Positions 63,321-64,000 of a stretch of 64,000 nt of DNA are shown here, piece after piece. The translations under genes and the position numbers were made by a program. This stretch comes from Eledone cirrhosa. Taxonomy: Eukaryota. Location of the stretch: the NCBI GenBank assembly GCA_964016885.1, contig OZ024741.1:309752001-309816000 (forward strand), in the 5' to 3' direction. Within the stretch, counting starts at the first letter, position 1, and each line of letters opens with the position of its first letter. A model generated the notes under the pieces. The model had not been told where the DNA came from. It saw nothing but the letters and a program-made list of their open reading frames with translations, and searched no databases.

Positions 63321-63632
63321 ACTGTGATAAAGAAAGGTTACTCTCTGAGCCTACTTATATCACAAATAACCAACATATCTGGTATCTGTGTCACTATCAG
63401 GTACCTGTGACCTATTCTCTAACAACAGAACAACTGCTGAGAATGAGGTACATGAGCTGCATCTAGGGGAAAAACTAACCCCTTGGAAGCTGAGGTCACC
63501 AGCACAATTAATGTACTTAAATGTGGTAAGGCCTCTGGGGAGAATAAAATTTGGCTCAAGATGTTAAAAAGCCTTAAATAAAGAAGGTATGCTCTGAGTG
63601 ACTCCTGTGCTGGGTGGCCTGGAGTCTGGAAA

Positions 63633-63756
63633 AGTGCCAAAGAAATGGCAATTGGGGGTGATAATCCTAATTTTCTAAAAGAGAGACAAATAATAGTGCC
63701 AAAGAAATGGCAATTGGGGGTGATAATCCTAATTTTCTAAAAGAGAGACAAATAAT
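63633..63756. repeat. Perfect 62-bp tandem duplication
   Basis: agtgccaaagaaatggc...gacaaataat at 63633 and 63695. Confidence 0.9.
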
Positions 63757-64000
63757 TGCTCTAATTATAGTGGAATCTATAATGCTAAGTGTCTTGCAAA
63801 AAGATGTAGGGATATTGTCAAGTTCAAGGTAGCTGGTACTGTGGTTTTTGCTCTGGACAGGACACAGCTGACTATCTGTAGCAGGTATTACAGAAATCAC
63901 AGAGATGTATGTTTGTTTCGTGGAACTTAAAAAGCATACAACTGTGTCCCATAAGATTTGTTGTGGAAGGTTCTACAGGAATATGAAAACTCTATATGAA

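Noticed and set aside
63419-63900. Possible exons of a downstream gene
   Set aside because: Short ORFs with no recognisable domain, overlapping a 62-bp duplication; no supported splice structure.

Overview
AT-rich eukaryotic (animal) DNA, dense in (TA)n/(CA)n microsatellites, RTE-clade LINEs, tRNA-derived SINEs, MITEs and Penelope-like elements. The repeat landscape suggests a mollusc, most likely an octopus/coleoid cephalopod (inference only). From the 200-N assembly gap (11588-11787) to 58426 the + strand carries 23 phase-consistent exons (about 1430 codons) encoding the C-terminal part of a spastizin/ZFYVE26 (SPG15) orthologue, including the FYVE domain; the first visible exon has two apparent 1-nt frameshifts. 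Left of the gap lies a near-intact RTE LINE (APE + RT, one 1-nt frameshift). Its ORF carries a C4HC3 PHD finger inserted just after the RT core, and its 5' end is fused to a 3.4-kb higher-order array of 98-bp monomers; the whole 7-kb unit sits in a (TA/CA) microsatellite. The introns contain a Penelope-like element (RT + GIY-YIG) with long inverted pLTRs, each carrying a minimal type-I hammerhead ribozyme. They also contain several short TA-flanked palindromic or hammerhead-bearing remnants, three 221-bp TTAA (piggyBac-type) MITEs, hAT and Tc1/mariner MITEs, and a near-identical inverted SINE pair bracketing one exon. All calls were made by eye; no database searches were run.
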